Below are positions 52,028-64,000 of a stretch of 64,000 bases of DNA, piece after piece. The notes below the pieces were generated by a model. That model saw nothing but the letters and a program-made list of their open reading frames with translations, did not search any database and was not told where the DNA came from. Source of the stretch: Blepharisma stoltei ATCC 30299 (Eukaryota; Protista; Ciliophora); contig CBFDEM010000002.1 in assembly GCA_965603825.1 (NCBI GenBank), positions 372,001 through 436,000 of the forward strand, given 5' to 3'. A program made the position numbers and the translations under genes. Each line of letters opens with the position of its first letter. Positions within the stretch are counted from its first letter, which is position 1.

Positions 52028-55000
52028 ATGAAGATTTTATGATGGCTTCATCTATTACAAATCATTCCGAGCTATTATGCTTTAAGAAAATGTACTGATG
52101 GTCATTTCTGTAGAGACAGAAAAATGCCTTACATTTTGTTATTATTATTTTTAGCGGATTACATCCCGCTTCTATTTTCTGAAGCGTTTTATGATGGTTT
52201 TTTTCGATTAGTCACTTTTGGATGAGATTATGAGTATTTTTCCAAAGAATTTTTATGACTAAGCGCATCTATCCTTACCTTTACAAGGCAACACATATCT
52301 GTATATAGCTCATACAGTTTCTGAATATTTGGAGTTATATCAATTCTACTATCATCCAATCTCACAAATAATTTGAATTATAATTGACTATCCTTACCAG
52401 GGTTATTTAATTCATTATCCTTACTCTTTTATTATTCTATTTCAGGCTCTTTAGAATATTTCTTATATTATTTTATTTGCTTCTCAATTTTTATTATTTG
52501 AGGATTTAAAATTAGATATTGAATCACAGAATTAAACCCACTCTTTTATTTTTACAATATTTCGATGTTTGCTGGAATTTTGCTTGCTATAAAAAATGCA
52601 TTAATCCCTGATATTGATTTAGCGACCTGTATTGCGTGATAAGTATAAAATAGTCAGTTAGCGACCCATTCTCCAGTGATGGGGCTCTTGTAATCGTTAA
52701 GATAAAATCCTAAAAGAATTAATCTTTAGTGTGCTTTTATTCATTGCAATTAATTCTAATTTTTTGTTTTCGTGCTTTTAAGTAAGTAAATGAAAGAATG
52801 TAATTTTTATATCAATAAGCTTTTCAAGGGTTGAATCAGCCTGAAGTGACTTTTTATTTTTGCAGATGTGGAGCAAAAAGCAGAAGCAAACTAGTCTCAG
52901 AGCCGCGAAGGATGAGGAACTCCAAGTCCTGGATTTTGGCAGAGACGGTTACTGCTACGGCTTTGGAGCTCCCGTCAACGTATTACCAAAAATTGAAGAC
53001 ACAGGCTGTCATGGGAAAACATTGAAATTTTATTTATCAAAATTTGTGCTAAGAAGAGGAGAAGAAGCGAAGAGAAGTTTATACAGCTCCTTTATCATTG
53101 CTTTAGAGGCAAACACGGGAGATGGAGAGGTCTTGAGAATCCTCAAATTGCTGTCAGGAGATGCAGTGGTCACCTTCGGGGAAGACATGGCGTGAAAGGA
53201 CCTGAAGGACAGAGGGAAAATAGTAATACAGCATGAAGGCAGAAAGCAAACAATTCCAGTAGGACCAGTCTTTGAAGGAGGAGAGATCAACTATGTGAGG
53301 TATAAAATGCAGGTAACTATTCCTACGAGAATTGAGCTAGGGTAAATATTGGAAGAGCTGGGCAAGGTGTGCAAGGTTGTGGAGATAGTTGCGGACAACG
53401 TAATCGCATCAGAGGGAGAGATCTACAGTGTTCACTTCAGCACCAACTCAAGGTACGCCATATAAGGGGAATTCGGGTGACTGGACAGAGCACTCGATCT
53501 AGGTGATGAAATTACTCTAAGAGGGAAAAGAATATGGATCAACCATGCTGCCTCGCTATATTGCGGGATATGTCAGCAACTGGGCCACAGCGATCGGGGT
53601 TCATGAGAGAATTGCAGCCAAAAGGGAAGAAAGTACTAAGAGGGGCAAACTGGTAAAGGAGAAGAGAGAAGAAGAGAGAAGAAGAGGTATGCTGGCGAAG
53701 GCAGAAATCAAGAAAAATCGAATGCAGACAGAGGACACTGATAAGCTAAGTAGTTTAGCCTACGTAGGACTAAATGGAGGTTCGGAAGGCAAAGAGCTGA
53801 GTGGAACGAGCGGGGGCGGAGAAAGTAAGGAAGCTGGAGACCCTACCACGAAGAGTAACTCGACAATTGTTCCATGCAAAAACTCAGGAGCGCAAAAAGA
53901 AGAACAAGAAGAACTAAAGAGAAAACCTGAAGTGGGAGAAAGAAATTACCAGCCCAGAGTGAAAAGGATAAAAGAAAAAGCACAAAAGAGACTAAACCCA
54001 TAGCTCATATTAACATTAACGGGGTCAGGAAAAAGAGACAGCAAATAGACAAATTTTTGGAAGAAATAGCACCAGAAAGAATTCAAGGCCGAATTGAAAA
54101 GAATAAAGCTTAGAGTGTGGAAGGAAAGAAGGGTAGAGCAAGCCATTGTGAGTGCGAGGGATATGTGAGAAATAGCTAGGAGAATAAAACGATCCATGAG
54201 GAATAAGCCTGCAAGATTCACAAGAAATGAAGAAACTGCAGTAGTAGACTGATGGAGACGGCAATATGACGATAAAGGACAAACCTGGAAAGCAGAAACT
54301 GAGCCGAAGCCTCCTACGCTAGAGGAAACTATAGGAGCAATCAGATCCCTAAGCCTCTTGGCTAGATGGGGTTCAATCGGAGCTGGTCAAATATGGAGGA
54401 GAGGTGCTAGAACAGAAGCTGTGGGAGATGGCCTCAAAAATATGAATGGAAAGACACATACCAAAAAATATGAAGAGCGCGATAGTAGTGTTAATCCCAA
54501 AAAAATTAGGATCTAAGTCACCTGAAGACTACAGACCGAAAAACTGCTAAATACAGCTTACAAAATATTGGATAAAATTATAGCTAATAGACTAACCAGA
54601 GAAATATCTGAGAAAAAGATAATGCATCCAGCGCAAGCCGGATTCATGGCTCAAATGGGGACAGCTGACCAAATTTATAGGATAGAAACCGTCATAGAGC
54701 ACTGCATGCTTGAAAAGAAAGGAGTAGTGTGTGCCTTCCTTGATATAAGCAGGCTTTCGACACAGTGAAGCATTCAGATCTGAACGAAGTATTGTCTGGG
54801 AGGGGAATAAGTGCAGATACTACCGCTGTACTGGAGCAATGTATGAGAACTGTGAAAGCAATATAATAATTAATGACAGGTTATCGGAACCGATCAAAAT
54901 AAGGAAAGGTGTTGGAAGGGAATATATTTTAGCCTGATACCGAACGAATTAGCATGGGCAATAAGCAATATGAATCTTGGCGTCACACTGAAGCCTGAGG

Positions 55001-57159
55001 CTGAGAAACTTGGTATACTATATACGCAGATGACATAGTACTCATAGCACATACTGGCACACAGTTGCAGCAGCTAGTTGGCATCTGTAGCAGCTGAGCT
55101 AACAGGTACTCCCTCAGAATTAATCAACAGAAATCATAGTGGTGGACTACTCACTGAAGCCCACCAGACTACAAGTAGTGACAGATGCAATGCAGCTGAA
55201 GCAAGCGACACACTTTAAATATCTGGGCAAGGTGATAGGAACATCAAGAAGTAAAACCGCTGGCACTAAGGCTACACTTGAACATGTTAAGTCGGCTAGC
55301 AGAGCAGTTAAAACACTATTAAAAGGATTGAATTGTCTTCCAGTAATAAAAAATCAGTTGCTGCTGAAGCATGTGTAACCACTGTTGCAACATATGTTGG
55401 AGAATGTTCACAACGGGCATGGGATGGTGCAGCATTGATATGCGCTAAAAATGAGAGGATGAGGCTGGCTAGACTACTACTGCATGCACCTGCAGGCACT
55501 GCAAGGGAAACGTCCCTGCTAGACATAGGATGGGTTACACTTGTCAACCAATTGAGGACACGACTGCTCAGATACAGAAAAAGAATTTATGACATGAATG
55601 ACCACCTGACAGTCCTTATGAGGGAACTGAACTCTCGCGAGCTATTGCCATGAGAGATGAGATGCTGGGAGACACTTGCACTAGTAGGCATGAGTAAATA
55701 CCAGGGAGAAGGCAAGCTGCAGGAGGTAGACAAAGTAGAGTGGAAGCAAAAGATCAAGGATGCTGTGAGACTGCTGAACTGAAGGGAATCGATGCATAGG
55801 CTGAAAGCTGAAACTGAAAAATCTACACGAATGTACAGGTCTCTCATGGTATGGATGGAATCTACAGATGTATCAACATTTGTCAAGATTAATTCATATA
55901 ATGGAGCTGCAATAGGAATGGTACATAGAATGAGAGCAGGCTTCAACTTCTGTAACGCTAATGCTAAATTAAGGCACTTGACACATGATGAAATGTGCAA
56001 TGAATGTAAGGTACCTGAAACTGAAGAGCATGTACTTACAGAATGCACAAGGTACGGCAGGTATAGACTTGAACTGCAGGAGCAACTTGATAATACAGGT
56101 ATAGCATGATCAGCACTTGGACTCATTCAGGTAATGCTTTATGGAGCAAAGTAAGAAGCTTATGTGAAGAAGCTATAGCTGGATGGAAGAGACGACATAA
56201 TACACATAGTGGATACTGCGGTGAAATGGTTTCACTTGAAGGTCCTTCAAGATGTGGGTGAAGAGTTCAAGCTGAAACTGTAGGCAAATTACAGGTGCAG
56301 CATGGTAGACAGTTAAGAATAACAGATTGATTAATTAAAAGCCCTTAAGGGCTGCAACGATGCATCTACCTAGGTGTGCTTGGTAGCCCTGCTTTCTATT
56401 GTGAAAGCTTTTAAGTTTTTTTTGGGATGACTCGTCAAATATCTTAAGGATACGAAGTGTCTCAAGCAAAGGGTCCCAAATGAAGTGATATCTAATTGAG
56501 CTAATTAATTTTAGGCCTAAGCTGAAAATTGAGGATCCGCCAAAGTCTATATGACCCGGACTATTTGGAATGTTTAACAACAAAAAGGGTTTTAGGCCAG
56601 AGCTCAAGTTGCCTTAATAAAGTACTCCTCACAGTGAACGCCACATAAAGCATGGTGTATATAATGCGGGGCTATAAATGCACATCACTAATCTTATCTA
56701 ATCTAAATCTAATCTACCTGCATTGTATGGATTTTATGTGCAGGAATAGCAATGGCAGTCCCAGCCATGATTTTCATTTATTTTTGCATAAGTTTCGGTT
56801 CAGTTTTTGAACTACTACGTTCTTTCGATCAAGAATTCTGTAGCAACAATGAAAATGATAATAATTATTTGCATAACCCTGAGTATGTTTTTTGTATTTT
56901 CCAGAGTTATTTTCACATTTTTTTCTTTGCATTTGCAATGATATTGACTGCAAGCATATTTGAAGAAATACTTGGGAGTTGAAATAGAATGCTTGTAGAA
57001 TTGCTTTATGTAACAGCTGCTGCTATTGTAGGCAATGCATTGTTAAGCCCAAGTTTAAGCTATGACAGCTTCAATATACAGATGAATATTTTAGGAATAT
57101 ATGCCCAATTTTGGTTTTTAAGAATCCTTGCAAATTTTTTAAATAGCATTTTAACCTAG
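52028..57159 (+). pseudogene. Array member 12, split by a non-LTR retrotransposon (coding parts 52028-52639 and 56716-57159)
   Basis: Both halves align with the intact paralog 58387-59439 across the DLATCIVWIL junction. Confidence 0.85.
52640..56715 (+). mobile_element. Degenerate non-LTR retrotransposon (LINE): gag-like ORF1, RT ORF2, 3' (TAATC)n-like tail
   Basis: ORF1 knuckle CGICQQLGHSDRG. RT motifs VVLIPKK..DYRP, YKILDKIIANRL, QAGF, AFLDI, YADDIVL and FKYLG; C-terminal CNECKVPETEEHVLTEC. Many frameshifts and higher GC. Imperfect 15-bp TSD at 52625-52639 / 56716-56730. Confidence 0.92.
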
Positions 57160-57397
57160 GGAATATAATGATAAAAAGAATTATTAATTGGTACTCATAG
57201 ATTTTGTTTACTAAAAGCTAAAGATATAAATATAGGCTATGATTCATATGAGAATATAAGCATTTTAAATTTCACAGTTAACTTCTTTGATCTAGTGAAA
57301 TTGTAGGAAGTTAACTAATAAATAATGCATTTACAAGACTATTACGGTATGTTAATGATGCATAATAATAAATTGTCTTGTTTGAATCTGTTGTCTC

Positions 57398-58323
57398 AAG
57401 GGTTTGAACGGGCATCTGCAGCATTTTATTGCATTTTCAATTTCACTCAGGGTAAATCACTTAAAAATTTATGGAAAAAATTATTCCAAACTTTAGGATC
57501 AGCATCATAAAATATTATGGACCATATAACTCTATTTATCCCACCTTCATTGGCTTTCGGCCTTGCTAGGTACTCGTAAATTTTTCCTTGTATTGATTTT
57601 AAGTGCTTCATTAATGTTGGATACAGACTTATTTCATTGCTTTTGAGAAATCTTACAACATAGCCTTCTTTTGAAAAATTTTTATCAAGCATTTCTAAAA
57701 TTTCATCAAATAAGCTTTGAATGCTTTGTGGGTAATCTGTTGTAGAAATGTTAAGTGAGCCTTCATCGTCAAAATCTTCGATATCTAAATTTTCCAATAA
57801 AGTCAATAATTCAATCCCTTAATGAGAAGAGAAATTTCTTTTGGATTTAGTTTTGTGCTAAAATCTTCAATGATTTTTGTGACATATTCTTCTAATTCAT
57901 AGATGCAGTAGCCGTGTGAGTGAAGAGAATTATAAAGATAGCAAACTTGCTCAAGACTTAAAGCGTCCTCTAAAACAAACTCAGTAACTTTTGTGTCTAA
58001 ACGCATAATGCTTTCCATAGGTAGAGCTGCATTTGTGCGGTTTAGTCAATAGAAATAATCAACAACTCCTTGAGGAGTTAAATTTGCAACAGCATCTTGT
58101 ATTTTTTCTGATAAGCTTGTGAATTCCTTTTTATCTTCTGCTGATAAATTATCCCACTTCACTTTATCAGAAATTACGCGAAGACTTTGTGCTATCTGTG
58201 ATGCTGAAGAATTTTTTGCCTTTGTGAATTTATATTTGGCCAGTCTAGAATTGTCTTCGGCCTGATATAATATTTTTGTGAAAAGTTCCTGCTTAGGCGA
58301 AAAACGAAGCTTTTCAATCACAT
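57398..58323 (-). pseudogene. Truncated, internally deleted duplicate of the RAP-like gene 5' part
   Basis: Matches 50732-51969 with deletions and frameshifts. Confidence 0.88.
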
Positions 58324-58386
58324 ATTGAATTTATAAATAAATCATTAATTTTGGATTTCGATTTATATATCTATAATAAATAAAAT

Positions 58387-59439
58387 ATGAAGATTTTATG
58401 ATGGCTTCATCTATTACAAATCATTCCGAGTTATTATGCTACAAAGAAATGCTTTGATTGTTCCTTTGGAGACAGAAAAATACCTTGCATTTTATCATTA
58501 GTATTTTTAGCAGATTACATCCCGCTTCTATTTTCTGAAGCTTTGTATGATGGCTTTTATTGGTTAGTCACTTTTAGACAAGATTGTGAGTATTTTTCCA
58601 AAGAAGATTTATGACTAAGCGCATCTATCCTTACCTTTATAAGGCAGCACGTATCTGTATATAGCTCATACAGTTTTTGAATATTTGGAATTGTATCAAT
58701 TCTACTATCATCCAATCTTATAAATAATTTGAACTATTATTCACTATACTTGCCAGGGCTATTTAATTCGTTATTTTTGCTCTTTTATTATTCTGTTTCA
58801 GGCACTTTAGAATATATCTTATATTATTTTATTTGTTTCTCAATTTTTATTATTTGAGGATTTAAAATTAGATATTGAAATACAGAATTAAACCCACCCT
58901 TTTATTTTTACAATACTTCGATGCTTGCTGGAACTTTGCTTGCTATAAAAAATGCATTAATCCCTGATATCGATTTAGCTACCTGCATTGTATGGATTTT
59001 AAGTGCAGGAATAGCAATAACAGTCCCAGCTATAATTTTCATTTATTTTTGCATAAGTTTCGGTTCAGCTTTTGAGATAATACGCTCTTCCAATCAAGAA
59101 TTCTGTAACAACAATGAAAACGATAATAATTATTTGCATAATCATAAGTATGTGCTTTGAATTTTTCAGAGTTATTTTCAAATTTTTTTCTTTGCAATTG
59201 CAATGATATTGACTGCAACTATATTTGAAGAAATATTTGGTAGTTGAAATAGAATGCTTATAGAATTATTTTATTTAACAGCTGCTGCTACTATAGGTAA
59301 TGCATTGCTATACCCGAATTTAAATTCAAATCGATACGACGATGAAAGCTTCAGTGTGCCGATAAATATTTCAGGAATATATGCCCAGTTTTGGTTTTTA
59401 AGAATCCTTGCAAATTTTTTTAATAGCCTTTGAACCTAG
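58387..59439 (+). CDS. Multipass membrane protein, array member 13 (350 aa), intact paralog of member 12
   Basis: Open with TGA=Trp; FLADYIPLLFSE, IGNALLYP and GIYAQFWFLR motifs. Confidence 0.8.
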
Positions 59440-60583
59440 GAAATACAATGATTAGAAGAATTATTAATTAATACTCATAGATAATATATACTAATAAGCT
59501 AAAGATATGCAAAATTGGCTATGATTTATATGAGAATATAGACATCTTAAATTTCACAGCTTAACTTCTTTGATCTAATGAAATTGTAGAAGTTTAGCTA
59601 ATAAATAATGCATTCAAAAGACTATTGAAGTAGGTTAATAATGTATAATAATAAATTGTTTCATTCGAGTATGTCATCTCAGAGAACTTTCCCTCCATTG
59701 ACAATTTTATTATTATGGGTTCGATTTTTTTAGTGCATCTAACTCAGCACCACATCAGCAAATAGACTAGAGAGCCTGATCCTTGAGCTTTTTGGAGTTA
59801 TAGGGGTTTACTGATTGATACTCCTGAGCAGTGAACCCCTTAGGATGAGCACATGCAGGAGCCTTGCATAGGACAAGGAAATGCGGTCAGCGAGAATTCC
59901 TGGCCAACTGTAGCGCTTAAAAGTTCCAAATGACTCCACTAGATAAAGATGCTGGCATAGGAATGTCCTCGAGATCACGAACTTTAGTTGAAATGGTAGG
60001 TTAGGTCTATTCACTCTGCAGAGGATATGGCACTTTAAATTAAGAGTAATGTATGCAATATAGGTTTATAATATAATTCAATTTGCATTATAGCAATATT
60101 TATTATTGAAATTATGAGGTAAAATAATAAATGCGGATATCTGAATGTCTCACATTTTCTTGCACTACTCTTTTATTATTCTCATTTTTATTATCTCGCT
60201 GGGATGCTTTTTTAATTTGAACAAAATCACTAGAATTTTATTATGCAAGGCAACAACAGATCTTAAATATGTTCATCTCTAAGTTTATTTGGTAAAATGC
60301 AACAGCAATGCTAAAATATTAATGATACAAAAGATGAATCAATAGTTTATTGATTGGCTTGAGGAGAAAATTTCCACAAGAATAACTTTAGAAAAATTGC
60401 CTTAAAATGCAAAATATAACTCCCTATCTTAGATATGATAGGTGAGTCGCTCTGATTACTGAGCTAGGGTTCATGCTATATAAACTTTCAAAAGTAATAA
60501 TTATAATCAAGATTTCTTTTCAAAGGGAATTGACAATATAGAGTTTTTATTAATTATATGTTAAAATTAACGCTAATAATTAA

Positions 60584-61579
60584 ATGCTGTACTTATGGAT
60601 TATTCATCATTATATTACCTTTGTTCCTTTCCTTTACAGCATGATAAATAAAATTCCAAAGCCTAGAAATAACCGCATACAGCTATATTTTACAATTTTG
60701 TTTTACTTAATTAGTTATTGCTTGGAATATTTTTCTCACAAACTGGATAAAATATTTCCCAGCATTACAATCACAAATTGCTTTGTTTTAAAAGATTGCT
60801 CACAGTGGAATGTCCCTACATATATGTTCTGGATATTATATTTTCTTAAAGTTTGCCATCCTTTAATTGATTTTTGTAAGAAGATTCATGGACCTCTCCC
60901 AATTAATCGGCAAACTTTGATCTTATCTTTGGCGATAGTGCTAATAGACTCATCACTATTTATTTGCTATATATTGTCAGAAAATAAATTGAACTGCACC
61001 TTAATTTTTCTGATAACTACTTTATCTTGAAGCTTATTGATTTTTAAGATATATAAATATATGTGAAACAAGCCAGGTGAAATTTCATGAGAGATTACTT
61101 ATGCTTTACTCTATATTTTAGGCTCTTTAATGCTGATTAGCTCATTCGCATTTGAAATTTTGACACAATTATTTTTAATTGAACTAAAGCTATCATTTTT
61201 GTGATGCCTCTTTGTATTTGCTTCTGTAGCAGATACCATTTTGTTTTTTAGACTCAGAAAAGTTAAGGAAAAGTGAGATCAACGATTTATCAAACGTTTT
61301 AGTCTACACCAAAGATTTCTTCGCTTGGCTGAAGTATATTTCTTTTCCATTTTTTCTATTTGTGGATTGTGAGCTTCTAACTGACTTTATATAGAATTGT
61401 TTGAATCAGAAATGTGGATATTTAATGAAGGAGTTTATTTCGGAATTTCGATGACCATAGCAATTTTGCTTGATTTTCAGTATTATCATATTAATACAAT
61501 ACATGCTATTGGAATTTATATTTTGATACGTTTTGGATATTGCAGGCTAATTCATTTTATAATAACTATTTGTAGCTAA
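60584..61579 (+). CDS. Multipass membrane protein, array member 14 (331 aa, divergent)
   Basis: Track ORFs 60584 and 61397 share a frame; WIFNEGVYF and AIGIYILIR motifs. Confidence 0.72.
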
Positions 61580-62100
61580 GATATTTATATGTCCTCTGAG
61601 ACAAGCTCAAAGGAGAATTAACTATGAAAGATTTCTTTATTTTTAATTCATAAGAGATTGTTTAGAGAACTTTTTAAATCTGTTAATTCCTCTAATCGAA
61701 AGAATTAAGTAAGGCAATATTTTGTCGAAAATATAAAATCCTCAAGTAGGTAAGACATAGTTTAAAATTAGCTTTTATATGTAAATTATATAATTAGATA
61801 TATGCTTAAAATTAATTCTGAATAATTCTGGAATTTAGAAATTAAAATTTGATGTGTGATTCTATTTTTTTTCAATACCCTTTACTAAAGAGGAAACAGA
61901 GAAATGATTAAGTAGAATGCCCTTTAGTGAAGAGGGCAACAAACCATAATAGATATTAAATTTCCATATTAGATATATCAATAGTATTGAAATAGGATAA
62001 GATAATTTGAATTGGAAACAATTTTTGGTAAAACTGTAATACAAATTTACGTCATTAAATTAATTATTAAAATGAGCATCTATTAGTTTTAAAAAAGTAA

Positions 62101-63295
62101 ATGATAATTATATGGATAGCGCACATCTTCTTGTATTTTCTTTACTATTGCTACTTTCACACTTTATATGACTTTATACCAAATTACTGAAATATTTCTT
62201 GCATCTGAATCCTTTTTCTTTTCGGCTATTTGTGGTTATACCTTTCCAAAATTTTATCTCAAAGCCTCTTAAGCATTAATTTCAGTTTGATCTCTTTACT
62301 GCCCTTCTCCTCCGTCAGAAAAGACATTTTTTGATCGCTTATCAAAGGAGTTAAATCTTTTCTATATTAAAAATTATACTATAAATCAGAATATTTTTGT
62401 TATAAAATTTTATAATATTTTACTCGCTAATTTTCTCAAATTTTATTAATGATTTTGCTTAATTTGGAGGTAGTTTGCAACTTCAATAAAAGGTATTCAA
62501 TCAAGCGATTATTTATTTTTTTATATTCAACCTTGATTTTCTTTATCAAATATTCTATTAATTTGCTTTTGCTTAACTATGTATTTATCGTGATATAAAG
62601 CAAACCACAGGCTATCAGGGAAAATGATTGCAAGATTTTTTATAGTTGGAATTCTAAATATATGCATATTTTTCTGATATAAATCTATCTCAGTAGAGTA
62701 TTGTGTTTGAATGTGGATGGCTTCAACTATTATTTATCTAATGAATTTTTTAAGATTAATTTATTTTTCAGGATCAATGCATGATATCATGTTTTTAATC
62801 GTTCTATCTTATACGATATTATTTATCATTGGGACTTTAGCATTTTTAGGGCAAATTTTCAATTGATCCTTTTTAAGCTCTTTGATAAGCTTGCTTGTGT
62901 TTGAAATGAAAGTGTCGCTGTCGATAGTATTTTTATTATTCTCTAGTGAAGTGACAACAAGTATTAGATCAATGTCCTATAATATATTCAAATCTTGGAA
63001 AGCAAGGCAAGATAATGGCCCTAAATATATCGAAAAAGCTCTTTTATTCCTGTGACTATATGCAATAGCAATATTGAACATTTACTTATTGTGGAAAATG
63101 AATCAGTTGTTTCTCGAACTGTTTGAGGAAAAAACTTGAATACTTAAGGAAGGGTTTTATTTAGAACTTGCTACGACTTTTGAAATATGACTTTGTTATC
63201 CTGAGACAATTGAAGAGAGTAATTATAATAGTGTATTTGGAATTTATACTTTTATGAGGCTTGGTGCTCTGCTTATTAGTCAAAGTCCTTTTTAA
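62101..63295 (+). pseudogene. Array member 15, frameshifted with in-frame stops in its 5' third
   Basis: MIIIWIAHIF start; frameshift near 62280 and stops at 62447 and 62471; open 62474-63295 ending WILKEGFYL...FGIYTFMRLG. Confidence 0.62.
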
Positions 63296-64000
63296 ATCCC
63301 TGAAAATTACTAATAGAGAAATATTTTAGTCATTATAGCTCATAAAGTAAATGATTAATTATATGCTAAGTCCTATTTTTTCCCTTTTAATTGTTTAATT
63401 ACACCCAAAAAAATATATCTCACATCGTTTAGATTACTATCTCTTCGAAAAACGATAATATCAAGCAAAGTAATTTCGATTTAGTTTAGTCAACTTATCG
63501 CATTATACGAAGCAAATACTTTAGCTTCTTGCTTAAACATAAATTGCTCTTATTTTCCCAATTTTTTGGCATTAACTCAAAGTCAACTAAAAGGTTTTGA
63601 GTAATTATTTTTTCATTATTTGTCCCTTTAAAAAATCTTTTAAGTCATTTTATCATTTTATCCGCATACACAAAATGGAAAGAGCTCAACGAAAAGATAG
63701 GAAAAAATCATAATTTTCCTTTACTTGAATCCCAAATTATTTATCAAGATCCTCATAAAAGCTCAGTTGTTTTTCTTTTATCCAAGGAGCCAAAGAGCAA
63801 GTTATAATTAATTATTATCTAATAATTATATGTTTCTAAATATTCTTTAATTTTATTTTGAAATTCATCAATGCCTACATATATTTTACCTTCAATAGAA
63901 AAAGGGTCAAGTTTTGTATTTTTATTTAAGCCTTCACTAGGTATAGTTTCTTTTAATATTTCAATTACCTTTATCGCAGAATCTATCAAAGAAATATTTT

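Larger units (their letters stand above)
57398..59680 (+). repeat. Segmental duplication B, copy 2 (copy 1 = 50732-57397 including the LINE)
   Basis: Head-to-tail; shares the RAP-gene fragment, divergent intergenic region, membrane gene and 3' flank. Confidence 0.88.

Noticed and set aside
62230-62480. Tiny introns rescuing member 15
   Set aside because: No suitable 15-16 nt GT-AG candidates around the frameshift or the stops.

Overview
AT-rich, gene-dense eukaryotic nuclear DNA, almost certainly from a heterotrich ciliate and most consistent with Blepharisma. TGA is read as Trp at conserved Trp positions (e.g. PP1 KL-TGA-KTF, DHHCP-TGA-INN), TAA/TAG are the only stops, and there is a 16-nt GT-AG intron. 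The supplied standard-code ORF track therefore fragments most genes; coordinates below are re-read with TGA=Trp. The window has two compartments. About 1-26.4 kb is a compact block of single-copy genes: DHHC palmitoyltransferase, PP1, CXC protein, a broken HSP70 with a TA-bounded 310-bp insert, a catalytically altered IS1595/Merlin-type transposase gene, gamma-CA, GST-theta, F-box/LRR/ankyrin, a PLD6/Zucchini-like protein with an AT-hook tail, C2H2 proteins, nitrobindin, a SelO-like kinase-fold protein, an LRR protein, Pol kappa, RPL34 and SPEF2. About 27-63.3 kb is a dynamic tandem array of about 15 co-oriented genes plus remnants of a family of ~290-350 aa multipass membrane proteins that I do not recognise. 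The array shows birth-and-death turnover: head-to-tail duplications, frameshifts, a 345-bp IES/MITE-like insert and a 4.1-kb non-LTR retrotransposon inside one copy. It is interspersed with a secreted Cys/acidic heptad-repeat protein, a divergent cullin and a mitochondrial RAP-like protein. All calls are by eye; no database search was run.
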